32,184 bases of DNA from a virus. Its lineage: Duplodnaviria > Caudoviricetes. Under the pieces are notes generated by a model. It saw nothing but the letters and a program-made list of their open reading frames with translations, was not told the origin of the DNA and searched no databases. The translations under genes and the position numbers were made by a program. How positions within the stretch are numbered: the stretch's first letter is position 1; each line of letters starts with the position of its first letter. This document shows, piece after piece, positions 25,395 through 32,184 of the stretch. The stretch lies in the IMG/VR virus record IMGVR_UViG_3300023283_000396, positions 1-32,184 of that record; one strand, 5' to 3'.

Positions 25395-25936
25395 GAGATG
25401 AGCAGCGCATCGCCGCACTTTTTGTCGAACCGCAAGGTGTGTACAGCCGCATCCCATACTGCTGCCTGTGGGATCGTGAGCGCGACGCGAGACGTTACAC
25501 AGGTGATCTGCCGGTCATCTGTCACCCGCCTTGTGCTCGCTGGGGCAGGTACGCCACAGTCAAGGACCAACGCCTGGGTGATGATGAGGGCTGCGGCGCT
25601 GCGGCTGTTGACGCGGTGCGCAGGTGCGGTGGGGTGTTGGAGCATCCCGCGCATAGCCATATTTTTGACGCATTCGGGTTGCCTGCACCCGGCGAATTTG
25701 ACAGCTTTGGCGGTTACACCGCTGCGATCAATCAATACGATTATGGGCACAAGGCGATTAAGCCAACATGGCTCTACTGTGTCAATTGCCAAGTGCTCCG
25801 TTTGGCTAAAAAAAATTCGAGCGATCCGCCGCGACCTTTAGAAAATCTCAGCAAAAAGCAACGGTTAGCTACTCCTTTGCCATTGGCATTGGTGCTGGTG
25901 CACGCTGCCTTGCAGGTTGAGGCGGTGCGCCAATGA
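25391..25936 (+). CDS. Compact DNA cytosine-C5 methyltransferase-like protein (181 aa)
   Basis: HPPC (motif IV), LEHP (motif VI-like), Q.DYGH...K.TWLY; lacks a canonical FxGxG; lower GC. Confidence 0.65.
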   Translation: MRDEQRIAALFVEPQGVYSRIPYCCLWDRERDARRYTGDLPVICHPPCARWGRYATVKDQRLGDDEGCGAAAVDAVRRCGGVLEHPAHSHIFDAFGLPAPGEFDSFGGYTAAINQYDYGHKAIKPTWLYCVNCQVLRLAKKNSSDPPRPLENLSKKQRLATPLPLALVLVHAALQVEAVRQ

Positions 25937-26271
25937 GCCCGCTTGATCTATATAAGACGCAAGGGTCTGGCCGACCGCGCAGCGTGACGCTGCGCTGGAA
26001 CGAGCAGCCCGCCGCCGCGCTGGAACGCAAGGTGCGTCAGAGCCCGGCCCGGCCGCCGCTGAAGCTGGCGGTCTACCATCCCGGCGAGCGCGAACCCAAG
26101 GGCCACTGGTCGCTGGTCCTGTCGCGCGTCGACGCGACGACGGCCCAGCGGCGGGCCGCCCGCCTCGAACGGCTCAACCAGACGACGCACGTGATCAAGT
26201 CCGACCGCCCCGGCACGCACGGCCTGCTGTACGTCTGGCACCCCGCCCACCGGCTGGAGGTGTCGGCATGA
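25933..26271 (+). CDS. Hypothetical basic protein (112 aa)
   Basis: ATGA-coupled on both sides; GC3-rich. Confidence 0.7.
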   Translation: MSPLDLYKTQGSGRPRSVTLRWNEQPAAALERKVRQSPARPPLKLAVYHPGEREPKGHWSLVLSRVDATTAQRRAARLERLNQTTHVIKSDRPGTHGLLYVWHPAHRLEVSA

Positions 26272-27011
26272 TCAAGGTCAACTCCGACCCGATGCCCGAC
26301 GAGTTGGTCCAAGCCCAGACCCGTGCCACCTACGACATGGGCAGCCGGATCCGGACCAGCCCGATGGTGTTGGCCTGGATAGTCGCACTCAAGCACCAGC
26401 GGCCGGCGGCGACGGTCTCAGCCCTCGTGCGGTTCAGCAACCACTACGCGACGCTTAACGGCTACAAGGGCTGCAACTACGCCACGATGACAAGAGAGAT
26501 ACAGGAGCGTATGGCGCGCACGCCCAAGGCGGCCTTTGATCACGCCCCTGACGCGGTGTACGCCCCGCTTGACTGCCCGGTCCTTGGCAAGCGTCGTTAT
26601 ATGTTTGAGCCGCGCGACCTGGATGCGCTCCGCGCATATGAGACACAGCGGCGCGACGCAGACCTCCGCACGTCTGTGACCCGCAAGGCTCCGGTCAAGG
26701 CCGAGCCGCTGGACCTGGCGGTCACGCTGCTGCTACGCCCGGACCAGACCCCGGCCAGCGCAATGCGGGAGTTTCTGGGCGCGGGCAAGCGGGTCAGCCG
26801 CTTGCTGATCGCCGAGCTCAACCCCCTGGAGCTGATCGGCTACTGGCAGGAGGTCCCCGCCAAGGCCAAGACGGCGGCGGACATCGCCATGCGTAAGGGC
26901 CGGCTGATTGAGTTCGGCTCATCCCGCTGGCGCTGGGTGCCGGCGGCCGGACGCGAGACCAAGGACACCTGCAAATTGCCCAACGGCGTGCAAGCCGGGA
27001 GCCTGTTATGA
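26268..27011 (+). CDS. Hypothetical protein (247 aa)
   Basis: GGAGGT SD; ATGA-coupled on both sides. Confidence 0.75.
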   Translation: MIKVNSDPMPDELVQAQTRATYDMGSRIRTSPMVLAWIVALKHQRPAATVSALVRFSNHYATLNGYKGCNYATMTREIQERMARTPKAAFDHAPDAVYAPLDCPVLGKRRYMFEPRDLDALRAYETQRRDADLRTSVTRKAPVKAEPLDLAVTLLLRPDQTPASAMREFLGAGKRVSRLLIAELNPLELIGYWQEVPAKAKTAADIAMRKGRLIEFGSSRWRWVPAAGRETKDTCKLPNGVQAGSLL

Positions 27012-27346
27012 GCACGACCACCACACCAGTGACGACGGTCACCCCGGCCGACTGCCGGGGCAAGCCCAGCCGCGAGCGGCAGCAGTGCCCCTGTTGCGGC
27101 AAGACGTTCGCCGGCGGGTCGGTGGTCAGCCACCGCACCCAGTGGTGCAAGGAGCATCAGGCGTACGGCCGGCTCCGCCAGCTCTACTGCGACCACTGCG
27201 ACGTGGTCCACTGCTGGCTCCAGGAGGTCAAGGCCGGCGGCGGGCTGGGCATCGTGCTCAGCCACGGCGCGCGCATCACCGGCCGCAAGTACATCGACGA
27301 GTTTTTGGCCAAGCACCCCCAAGCCGCGGGGGTGGACCAATGCTGA
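27008..27346 (+). CDS. Zinc-ribbon protein (112 aa)
   Basis: CPCC and CDHC pairs; translationally coupled. Confidence 0.75.
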   Translation: MSTTTTPVTTVTPADCRGKPSRERQQCPCCGKTFAGGSVVSHRTQWCKEHQAYGRLRQLYCDHCDVVHCWLQEVKAGGGLGIVLSHGARITGRKYIDEFLAKHPQAAGVDQC

Positions 27347-27429
27347 TCCACTTTTTGAGCTACGGCGTCTACGCGCTGGCCCTGATTGTGTTTGGCCTGT
27401 GCGCCATCGCCCCCTTGTTTCGCCGCTGA
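27340..27429 (+). CDS. 29-aa single-TM peptide (MLIHFLSYGVYALALIVFGLCAIAPLFRR)
   Basis: GGTGGA SD, overlaps the previous stop, ends 3 nt before the transposase ATG. Confidence 0.55.
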   Translation: MLIHFLSYGVYALALIVFGLCAIAPLFRR

Positions 27430-27432
27430 ATC

Positions 27433-29694
27433 ATGACTCAAGCCTTACGCCATCCCGACCTGCCCCACGCACGCGCGGCCAACGCCGACGGCGAGCTGGA
27501 CTACAGCATGCTGATCGAGGCCGGCGAGGCGGCGGGCCTGCTGGGCAAGCACCGCGACGCGATGACCCGCGACTGCCGCGACCGGCTGCGGCACCAGGGC
27601 CTGGCGGTGTACGCCGCGCCGCCCAACGGCGGCAACCCGCGGTGGTGGGTCGATCGCCGCCACGACCTGCGCCTGGCCCCCGGAAGCGTGGGCGAGCAAT
27701 ACCAGACGCCACAGCTGGGCCACTACCCGCGCGAGAAGGTCCGCGAGGCGTGGGACCGCGCGGCGTGCGTCGAGCGGCTGCGCAAGATGCGGGCCCACGA
27801 GCGGCGGCCGGTCAAGCAGTGGCTGCCTGGCCTGATCGACCGGCTCAACCGCGAGATGGCCGGTCTCAAGGTCAGCCAGTCGAGGCTCTACGCCTGGGAC
27901 AAGGCGTACCAGACGCCGGCGGACCTGGTGGAGCTGATCGACAAGCGCGGCGGCAACCAGACCGCCAAGGCCGACCCGGCCTGCTGGACCTACTTCCGCA
28001 AGGTTTACTTGGATCCGCGCCAGCCGACCGTCCGCGCCTGCTGGCGCAAGACGCGGGCGCACGCCAAGGCCCAAGGCATGACCTGGTGCAGCTACTCGGC
28101 CTGCAGCCGCCACCTGCGCGACCACATCAGCGAGGAGGAGGACCTGATCAACCGCGACCCCAAGCGGTGGCGGCAGCAGATGCGCCCCTACGTCGAGCAG
28201 GACCCCGAGGCGTTCGCCGCCGGCGACTGCTGGGTGGGCGACCACGCGCAGCTGGACATGTGGGTGCGTCACGGCAAGAGCCTGATCCGCCCCTGGATCA
28301 CCGCCTGGATGGACTGGCGCACGCGCAAGGTGGTGGGCCACGCCTTCAGCGTCGCGCCCAACAGCTCGACCATCCTCCAGTCATTCCGGGCCGGCCTGCT
28401 GGACAAGGCCAACCACGGCGGGCCGAGCACCGTGTGGGTGGACAACGGCAAGGACTACGCCTGCTGGAGTTTCCACGGGGCGACCCGCAAGCAGCGCGAA
28501 AACAAACGCTTCCTCCCCGCGGGCTACATGCACGAGGGCGAGGTCGGCGGGCTGTTTGGCCTGCTCAACATCGAGGTCCACTTCAGCATCCCGCACAACC
28601 CCAACGGCAAGAGCCGGATGGAGCGGTGGTTTTTGACGATGCACGAGCTGTTCGACCGCGAGTTTGCCACCTACTGCGGGCGCAGCCAGGAGCACAAGCC
28701 CGAGGGCCTTGAGCGCATCCTAAACAAGCAGGTCCGCGTGCCGACGTTCGAGCAGGTCGCGGGGCACCTGGACAAGTTCATCGGCGCGTACAACGCGCGC
28801 AACGAGCACAGCATCAAAGACCTGGCCGACGACCAGGGCGAAGCGGTCAGCCCCGACCACGCGATGGCGCAGTGGTGCAACCGGACCCGCGCCCTGGCCG
28901 ACCCGTCGGTCCTGGACCTCTTCGCTCAGCAGTGGCACAAGCCGGTACGGGCCAACCGCAACGGCATCACCATCAGCCCGTTCGGCAAAAACCTCAGCTT
29001 CGGCGGCGACGACCTGGCCTTGTCGCGCTACAAGGCGCTGGCCGTCAAGGACCGGCCCTACCTGCACGTCAGCTACGACCCGGCCGACCTGTCGTCTATC
29101 CGCGTCTTCGACGAGCACTACCGCTTTATCTGCGAGACGTGCTGGAACCAGCTCGGCGGCCGGCACGACGGCGGCAAGGTCAGCCGCTTTGCCCTGCAGG
29201 AGCACATGCGCCGCCAACGCAAGTACCGCGACGCGATGCAGACCGTGGCCGACAACCGCGAGCTGGAGATGTACAGCGACGCGGAGCTGATCGCCCTGGG
29301 CAACCGGGACGACACGCCGCCCGAGCCCAAGGGCCCGGACCGTTTAGAGGTGGTCCAAACGCCTGTTGACGGCCAGATGGAGGAGGTCCAAAAGGACAAG
29401 CTCCGCAAGGCCGCCGGCGCGGAAAACCTCTCGGACCAGGACGACGATTTTGATTTTGAGCCGGCCAGCTTCCCCGCCCCCGCGGGCGGGCGTGACCAGC
29501 CGGACGAAGACGACGAGGACGGCGCGTTGCCCCCTCTGAGCCTGGACGACCTGTCACCCCCGGAAGACGGCCAGGAGGCCGACGACCTGCACGAACAGTT
29601 TGACCTGGCAGACACGGATGTCGCCCCTTACCGGTTCCCCGCCGACTCGACGGATGACGACGAGGACGAGGACCTGCTGGAGCAACTGCGATGA
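27433..29694 (+). CDS. Mu-like DDE transposase (MuA) (753 aa)
   Basis: WVGD, VDNGKDY, K..MERWF catalytic triad; L.DKRGGN linker; V.YDP.DLS.I.V Mu-transposase C-terminal motif. Confidence 0.95.
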   Translation: MTQALRHPDLPHARAANADGELDYSMLIEAGEAAGLLGKHRDAMTRDCRDRLRHQGLAVYAAPPNGGNPRWWVDRRHDLRLAPGSVGEQYQTPQLGHYPREKVREAWDRAACVERLRKMRAHERRPVKQWLPGLIDRLNREMAGLKVSQSRLYAWDKAYQTPADLVELIDKRGGNQTAKADPACWTYFRKVYLDPRQPTVRACWRKTRAHAKAQGMTWCSYSACSRHLRDHISEEEDLINRDPKRWRQQMRPYVEQDPEAFAAGDCWVGDHAQLDMWVRHGKSLIRPWITAWMDWRTRKVVGHAFSVAPNSSTILQSFRAGLLDKANHGGPSTVWVDNGKDYACWSFHGATRKQRENKRFLPAGYMHEGEVGGLFGLLNIEVHFSIPHNPNGKSRMERWFLTMHELFDREFATYCGRSQEHKPEGLERILNKQVRVPTFEQVAGHLDKFIGAYNARNEHSIKDLADDQGEAVSPDHAMAQWCNRTRALADPSVLDLFAQQWHKPVRANRNGITISPFGKNLSFGGDDLALSRYKALAVKDRPYLHVSYDPADLSSIRVFDEHYRFICETCWNQLGGRHDGGKVSRFALQEHMRRQRKYRDAMQTVADNRELEMYSDAELIALGNRDDTPPEPKGPDRLEVVQTPVDGQMEEVQKDKLRKAAGAENLSDQDDDFDFEPASFPAPAGGRDQPDEDDEDGALPPLSLDDLSPPEDGQEADDLHEQFDLADTDVAPYRFPADSTDDDEDEDLLEQLR

Positions 29695-30812
29695 GCAGCC
29701 ACAACGACACCCTTCAAGCCCTACACGATGATGCACGGAGGCTGCGCGTGGCGATCCCACTACCACCGGAGGGTGAGCTCTCACCCGATCAGATCAGCAA
29801 AGTCCAGGCCCTGCTCGAGCAGTTCCTCAAGGACAAGGGCATCAGCCAGGCCAGGCTGTCCAAGATGATGGGCGACGGCTACAGCACGTCGAGCATCTCC
29901 ACCTTCCGCAGCCTTGAGCCCGACGGCCACTACGCCGGCGACCGCGACCGCCTGGCCCGCGGGATCAACGACTTCATTGAGACCTACCTCCGCCGCGAGG
30001 AGCGGCCGCTGCCCGACGGCTACGTCGAGACGGCCGTCGCCCAGCGGATCATCACGGTGATCAACCAGTGCGTCAACCAGCGCAGCATGGGCCTGATCTC
30101 CGGCGACAGCGGGCGCGGCAAGACGATCGTGCTCAAGGCCGCCGAGTCCAAGATGCCCGGCTCGATCTACCTGCGCGTGCTCAAGGGCGGCAACTCCAAG
30201 GCCGGCTTCGCCCGGATGCTCGCCCGCAAGCTCAAGCTCCGCCGGTGGCGGACCACGCTCGACATCGAGGAGATGATCATCGAGCAGCTCACCGACTCGC
30301 AACGGCCGCTGTTGATCGATGAGGCGCACCAGCTCTCGATGGAGGCGCTCGAGCTGATCCGCGACATCCACGACGTCGCCGAGGTGCCCGTCATCCTGTG
30401 CGGCACGCGCGACATCGAAAAAGCGACCAGCGACCAGGACGTCTTTTTCGGCCAACTCGCCAGCCGCATCGGCATCCGCTACGACATCAACGCCTACGCC
30501 CGCAAGCACCCCAACGACCCCGAGCCCAGCAAGCCCATCCACACGGTCCAAGAGGTGGTCAAGCTCTACGGCGGCGGCAAGCTCAAGCTCACCGACGACG
30601 GCGCGGCCTACCTGGCCAAGCTGGCCAACCTCGAAGGCCAGGGCGGGCTCCGGCTGTGCCGGCAGATCATGGAGACGGCCATCACCGCCGCGAAGACCAA
30701 GACGCTTGACGCCAAGGCCCTGGCCAAGGTCCTGCGCCTGATGCACGGCAAGGCGTACCACGCGCAGCGGACCCAGGCCGCGCTCAACTCCTCTAACCTC
30801 AAGGTGGCATAG
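29691..30812 (+). CDS. MuB-like AAA+ transposition ATPase with an N-terminal HTH (373 aa)
   Basis: ISQARLS HTH, GDSGRGKT Walker A, LLIDEAH Walker B, QLASRIG arginine finger. Confidence 0.95.
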   Translation: MSSHNDTLQALHDDARRLRVAIPLPPEGELSPDQISKVQALLEQFLKDKGISQARLSKMMGDGYSTSSISTFRSLEPDGHYAGDRDRLARGINDFIETYLRREERPLPDGYVETAVAQRIITVINQCVNQRSMGLISGDSGRGKTIVLKAAESKMPGSIYLRVLKGGNSKAGFARMLARKLKLRRWRTTLDIEEMIIEQLTDSQRPLLIDEAHQLSMEALELIRDIHDVAEVPVILCGTRDIEKATSDQDVFFGQLASRIGIRYDINAYARKHPNDPEPSKPIHTVQEVVKLYGGGKLKLTDDGAAYLAKLANLEGQGGLRLCRQIMETAITAAKTKTLDAKALAKVLRLMHGKAYHAQRTQAALNSSNLKVA

Positions 30813-30818
30813 CACGCG

Positions 30819-31316
30819 ATGGCATGGACGCCGCAACAACGCAAGCTCTTCGGGTGGGCGTGTCGATCGACCGGGATCGATGACACGCACCGCCATCTGA
30901 TCCTGCGCCAGTCCGACCGGGCCATGCACGATGGCAAGATCACGTCCACCTCGCCCCGGCTCAACCAGGCGGACTTTGAGCGGTGCATGAGCGTGGCCGA
31001 AAACGCCGCGGGCGGCCAGCTCAAGATGAAAACCAAAAAGGGCGTGATCAAACGCTACCCCGTCCGCCACTGGCAGGACCGCCTGGTCAACGGGACGCTG
31101 CGCCGCCTGCGGCATAAGGCCCGCGACCTCGACGCCCGACTCGGCCAGTGCGGTGAGGACTGGACGCCCGGCGGCCCGAGCCTGGACGGCTGGATCAAGG
31201 CGCGCGTCGCCGGCGGCCAGGACAAAACGCTCGACGAGCTGACGCTGCACGAGCTCGAGGCCCTGGTCACCGGCCTCGAGAAGCACTTGAAAGGCCGGAA
31301 GGCGGTGTGCTCATGA
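30819..31316 (+). CDS. gemA: GemA-like (Mu gp16, DUF1018) protein (165 aa)
   Basis: G.DD...H..L....GK..S...L...D and L..L...E...LV.GL.K motifs in the early region. Confidence 0.65.
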   Translation: MAWTPQQRKLFGWACRSTGIDDTHRHLILRQSDRAMHDGKITSTSPRLNQADFERCMSVAENAAGGQLKMKTKKGVIKRYPVRHWQDRLVNGTLRRLRHKARDLDARLGQCGEDWTPGGPSLDGWIKARVAGGQDKTLDELTLHELEALVTGLEKHLKGRKAVCS

Positions 31317-31870
31317 GCGATGTCACCGCCAGCCACATCACGTGTGAGCAGGCCTTGTCAGACTGCGAGGGTTTGATCGTGTCCGTTGCGAAGCGCTTTG
31401 CCCACTGTAACACGCCCTGGCTTGACCTGGAGGACTTTATCCAGGAAGGGCGGCTGTGCGTGCTGGAGTTGCTGCCCAGCTACGACCCGCAGGTCGGTCA
31501 GCTCACCACCTATGTCTACCGGCCGATGCAGCGCCGATTCGCCGACATGTTCTCGCGCCGTGTCGGCGGTCGGCACGATCGGCACCGTGTGCCGCATGTT
31601 CTGCTCGAGGCGCGGGCGGCGCACATCAACGCGTCGTGCCGGCGACCCTGCACCGACCACGAAATCGCGGCTCAGCTCGACGAGCTACTCTCGCGGCTGC
31701 GCGGCGGCGTGGACGAGTTGGACTGGCAGCTGATCCTGCTCCAATACGACGACCTGGACACCTACACGAGCTGGGCCAAGCGGCTGGGATGCACGCGTAC
31801 GACGGTTATGCGGCGGGCCCGCAACGCGGAGAGCCGCGCCGTCGCCGCTCATCACCGGAGGGCCGCCTGA
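31313..31870 (+). CDS. Sigma-70-family RNA polymerase sigma factor, regions 2 and 4 only (185 aa)
   Basis: LIVSVAKRF...DLEDFIQEG........YDP....TTY (region 2); WAKRLGCTRTTV HTH (region 4). ATGA-coupled start at 31313. Confidence 0.85.
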   Translation: MSDVTASHITCEQALSDCEGLIVSVAKRFAHCNTPWLDLEDFIQEGRLCVLELLPSYDPQVGQLTTYVYRPMQRRFADMFSRRVGGRHDRHRVPHVLLEARAAHINASCRRPCTDHEIAAQLDELLSRLRGGVDELDWQLILLQYDDLDTYTSWAKRLGCTRTTVMRRARNAESRAVAAHHRRAA

Positions 31871-32184
31871 TGCTGGTGCTCTCGGCCAAAAACAACCAGG
31901 AGTTTTTCTTGTTCGATTCAGAGGCCGGTGCGTTCCTCGGTGTCGTCTGCGTCACGCGCACCGCCGGGAAACGCGCCAGACTGAATCTCGGGCTGGCCCC
32001 TCATATCAAAGTCGAGCGCCAAGAAAACCTCACCCCCGAGCACTGGCGCATGATCGGTGAGGCAGCCCGCCGCGAAGCTGATGCCAAGCAAGCAGAGGTG
32101 GTGCCGTCACCACCACCACCGCCACCCAAAGCAGCAAGCGGTGAATCTTGCGCCATTCAAGTGAAAAGACCTTTGATCAAATAA
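31870..32184 (+). CDS. csrA: CsrA/RsmA-like RNA-binding protein with a Pro-rich C-terminal extension (104 aa)
   Basis: MLVLSAK..Q.F....V.V....G.RARL.L..AP.IKV.R.E aligns by eye with the CsrA consensus; TGATG-coupled ATG at 31870. Confidence 0.72.
   Translation: MLVLSAKNNQEFFLFDSEAGAFLGVVCVTRTAGKRARLNLGLAPHIKVERQENLTPEHWRMIGEAARREADAKQAEVVPSPPPPPPKAASGESCAIQVKRPLIK

Larger units (their letters stand above)
1..32184. mobile_element. Mu-like transposable (pro)phage, partial, with divergent early (+) and late (-) arms
   Basis: MuA DDE transposase, MuB ATPase and GemA, plus Mu gp26/27/28-like packaging genes and a contiguous head-tail operon. No host genes or TG...CA ends recognised; the window starts and ends on stop codons. 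Confidence 0.93.

Noticed and set aside
32105-32127. CCA triplet run as a contingency repeat
   Set aside because: It is imperfect and in frame, simply encoding a polyproline linker.

Overview
High-GC window (roughly two-thirds GC by eye) holding most of a Mu-like transposable (pro)phage with a divergent, B3/BcepMu-type layout. Neither phage end is visible. The + strand arm (24085-32184) carries early and regulatory genes: small Zn-finger proteins, a CII-like regulator, a compact C5-methyltransferase-like protein, MuA transposase, MuB ATPase, GemA, a sigma-70-family factor and a CsrA-like protein. The - strand arm (22062 to 1) is the late operon: a holin/lipoprotein-like gene, Mu gp25-28-like packaging genes, an HK97-type portal fused to a gpF domain, prohead protease, major capsid, neck, a sheathless tail with a short tape measure, and tail-tip/adsorption proteins (LamG, TIGR03790-like, FN3). 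Between the arms lies an AT-rich switch region with a ribbon-helix-helix-like repressor, an HExxH metalloprotease, a 20-bp inverted repeat and two low-GC membrane genes. The most interesting signal is an apparent RNA-level control layer. It consists of a phage CsrA homolog, clustered CANGGANG hairpins over the ribosome-binding site of the CII-like gene, GGA-containing tandem arrays in late intergenic spacers, and two highly structured leader RNAs. A Planctomycetota host is plausible but only inferred. All family assignments come from motif recognition by eye, not database searches.
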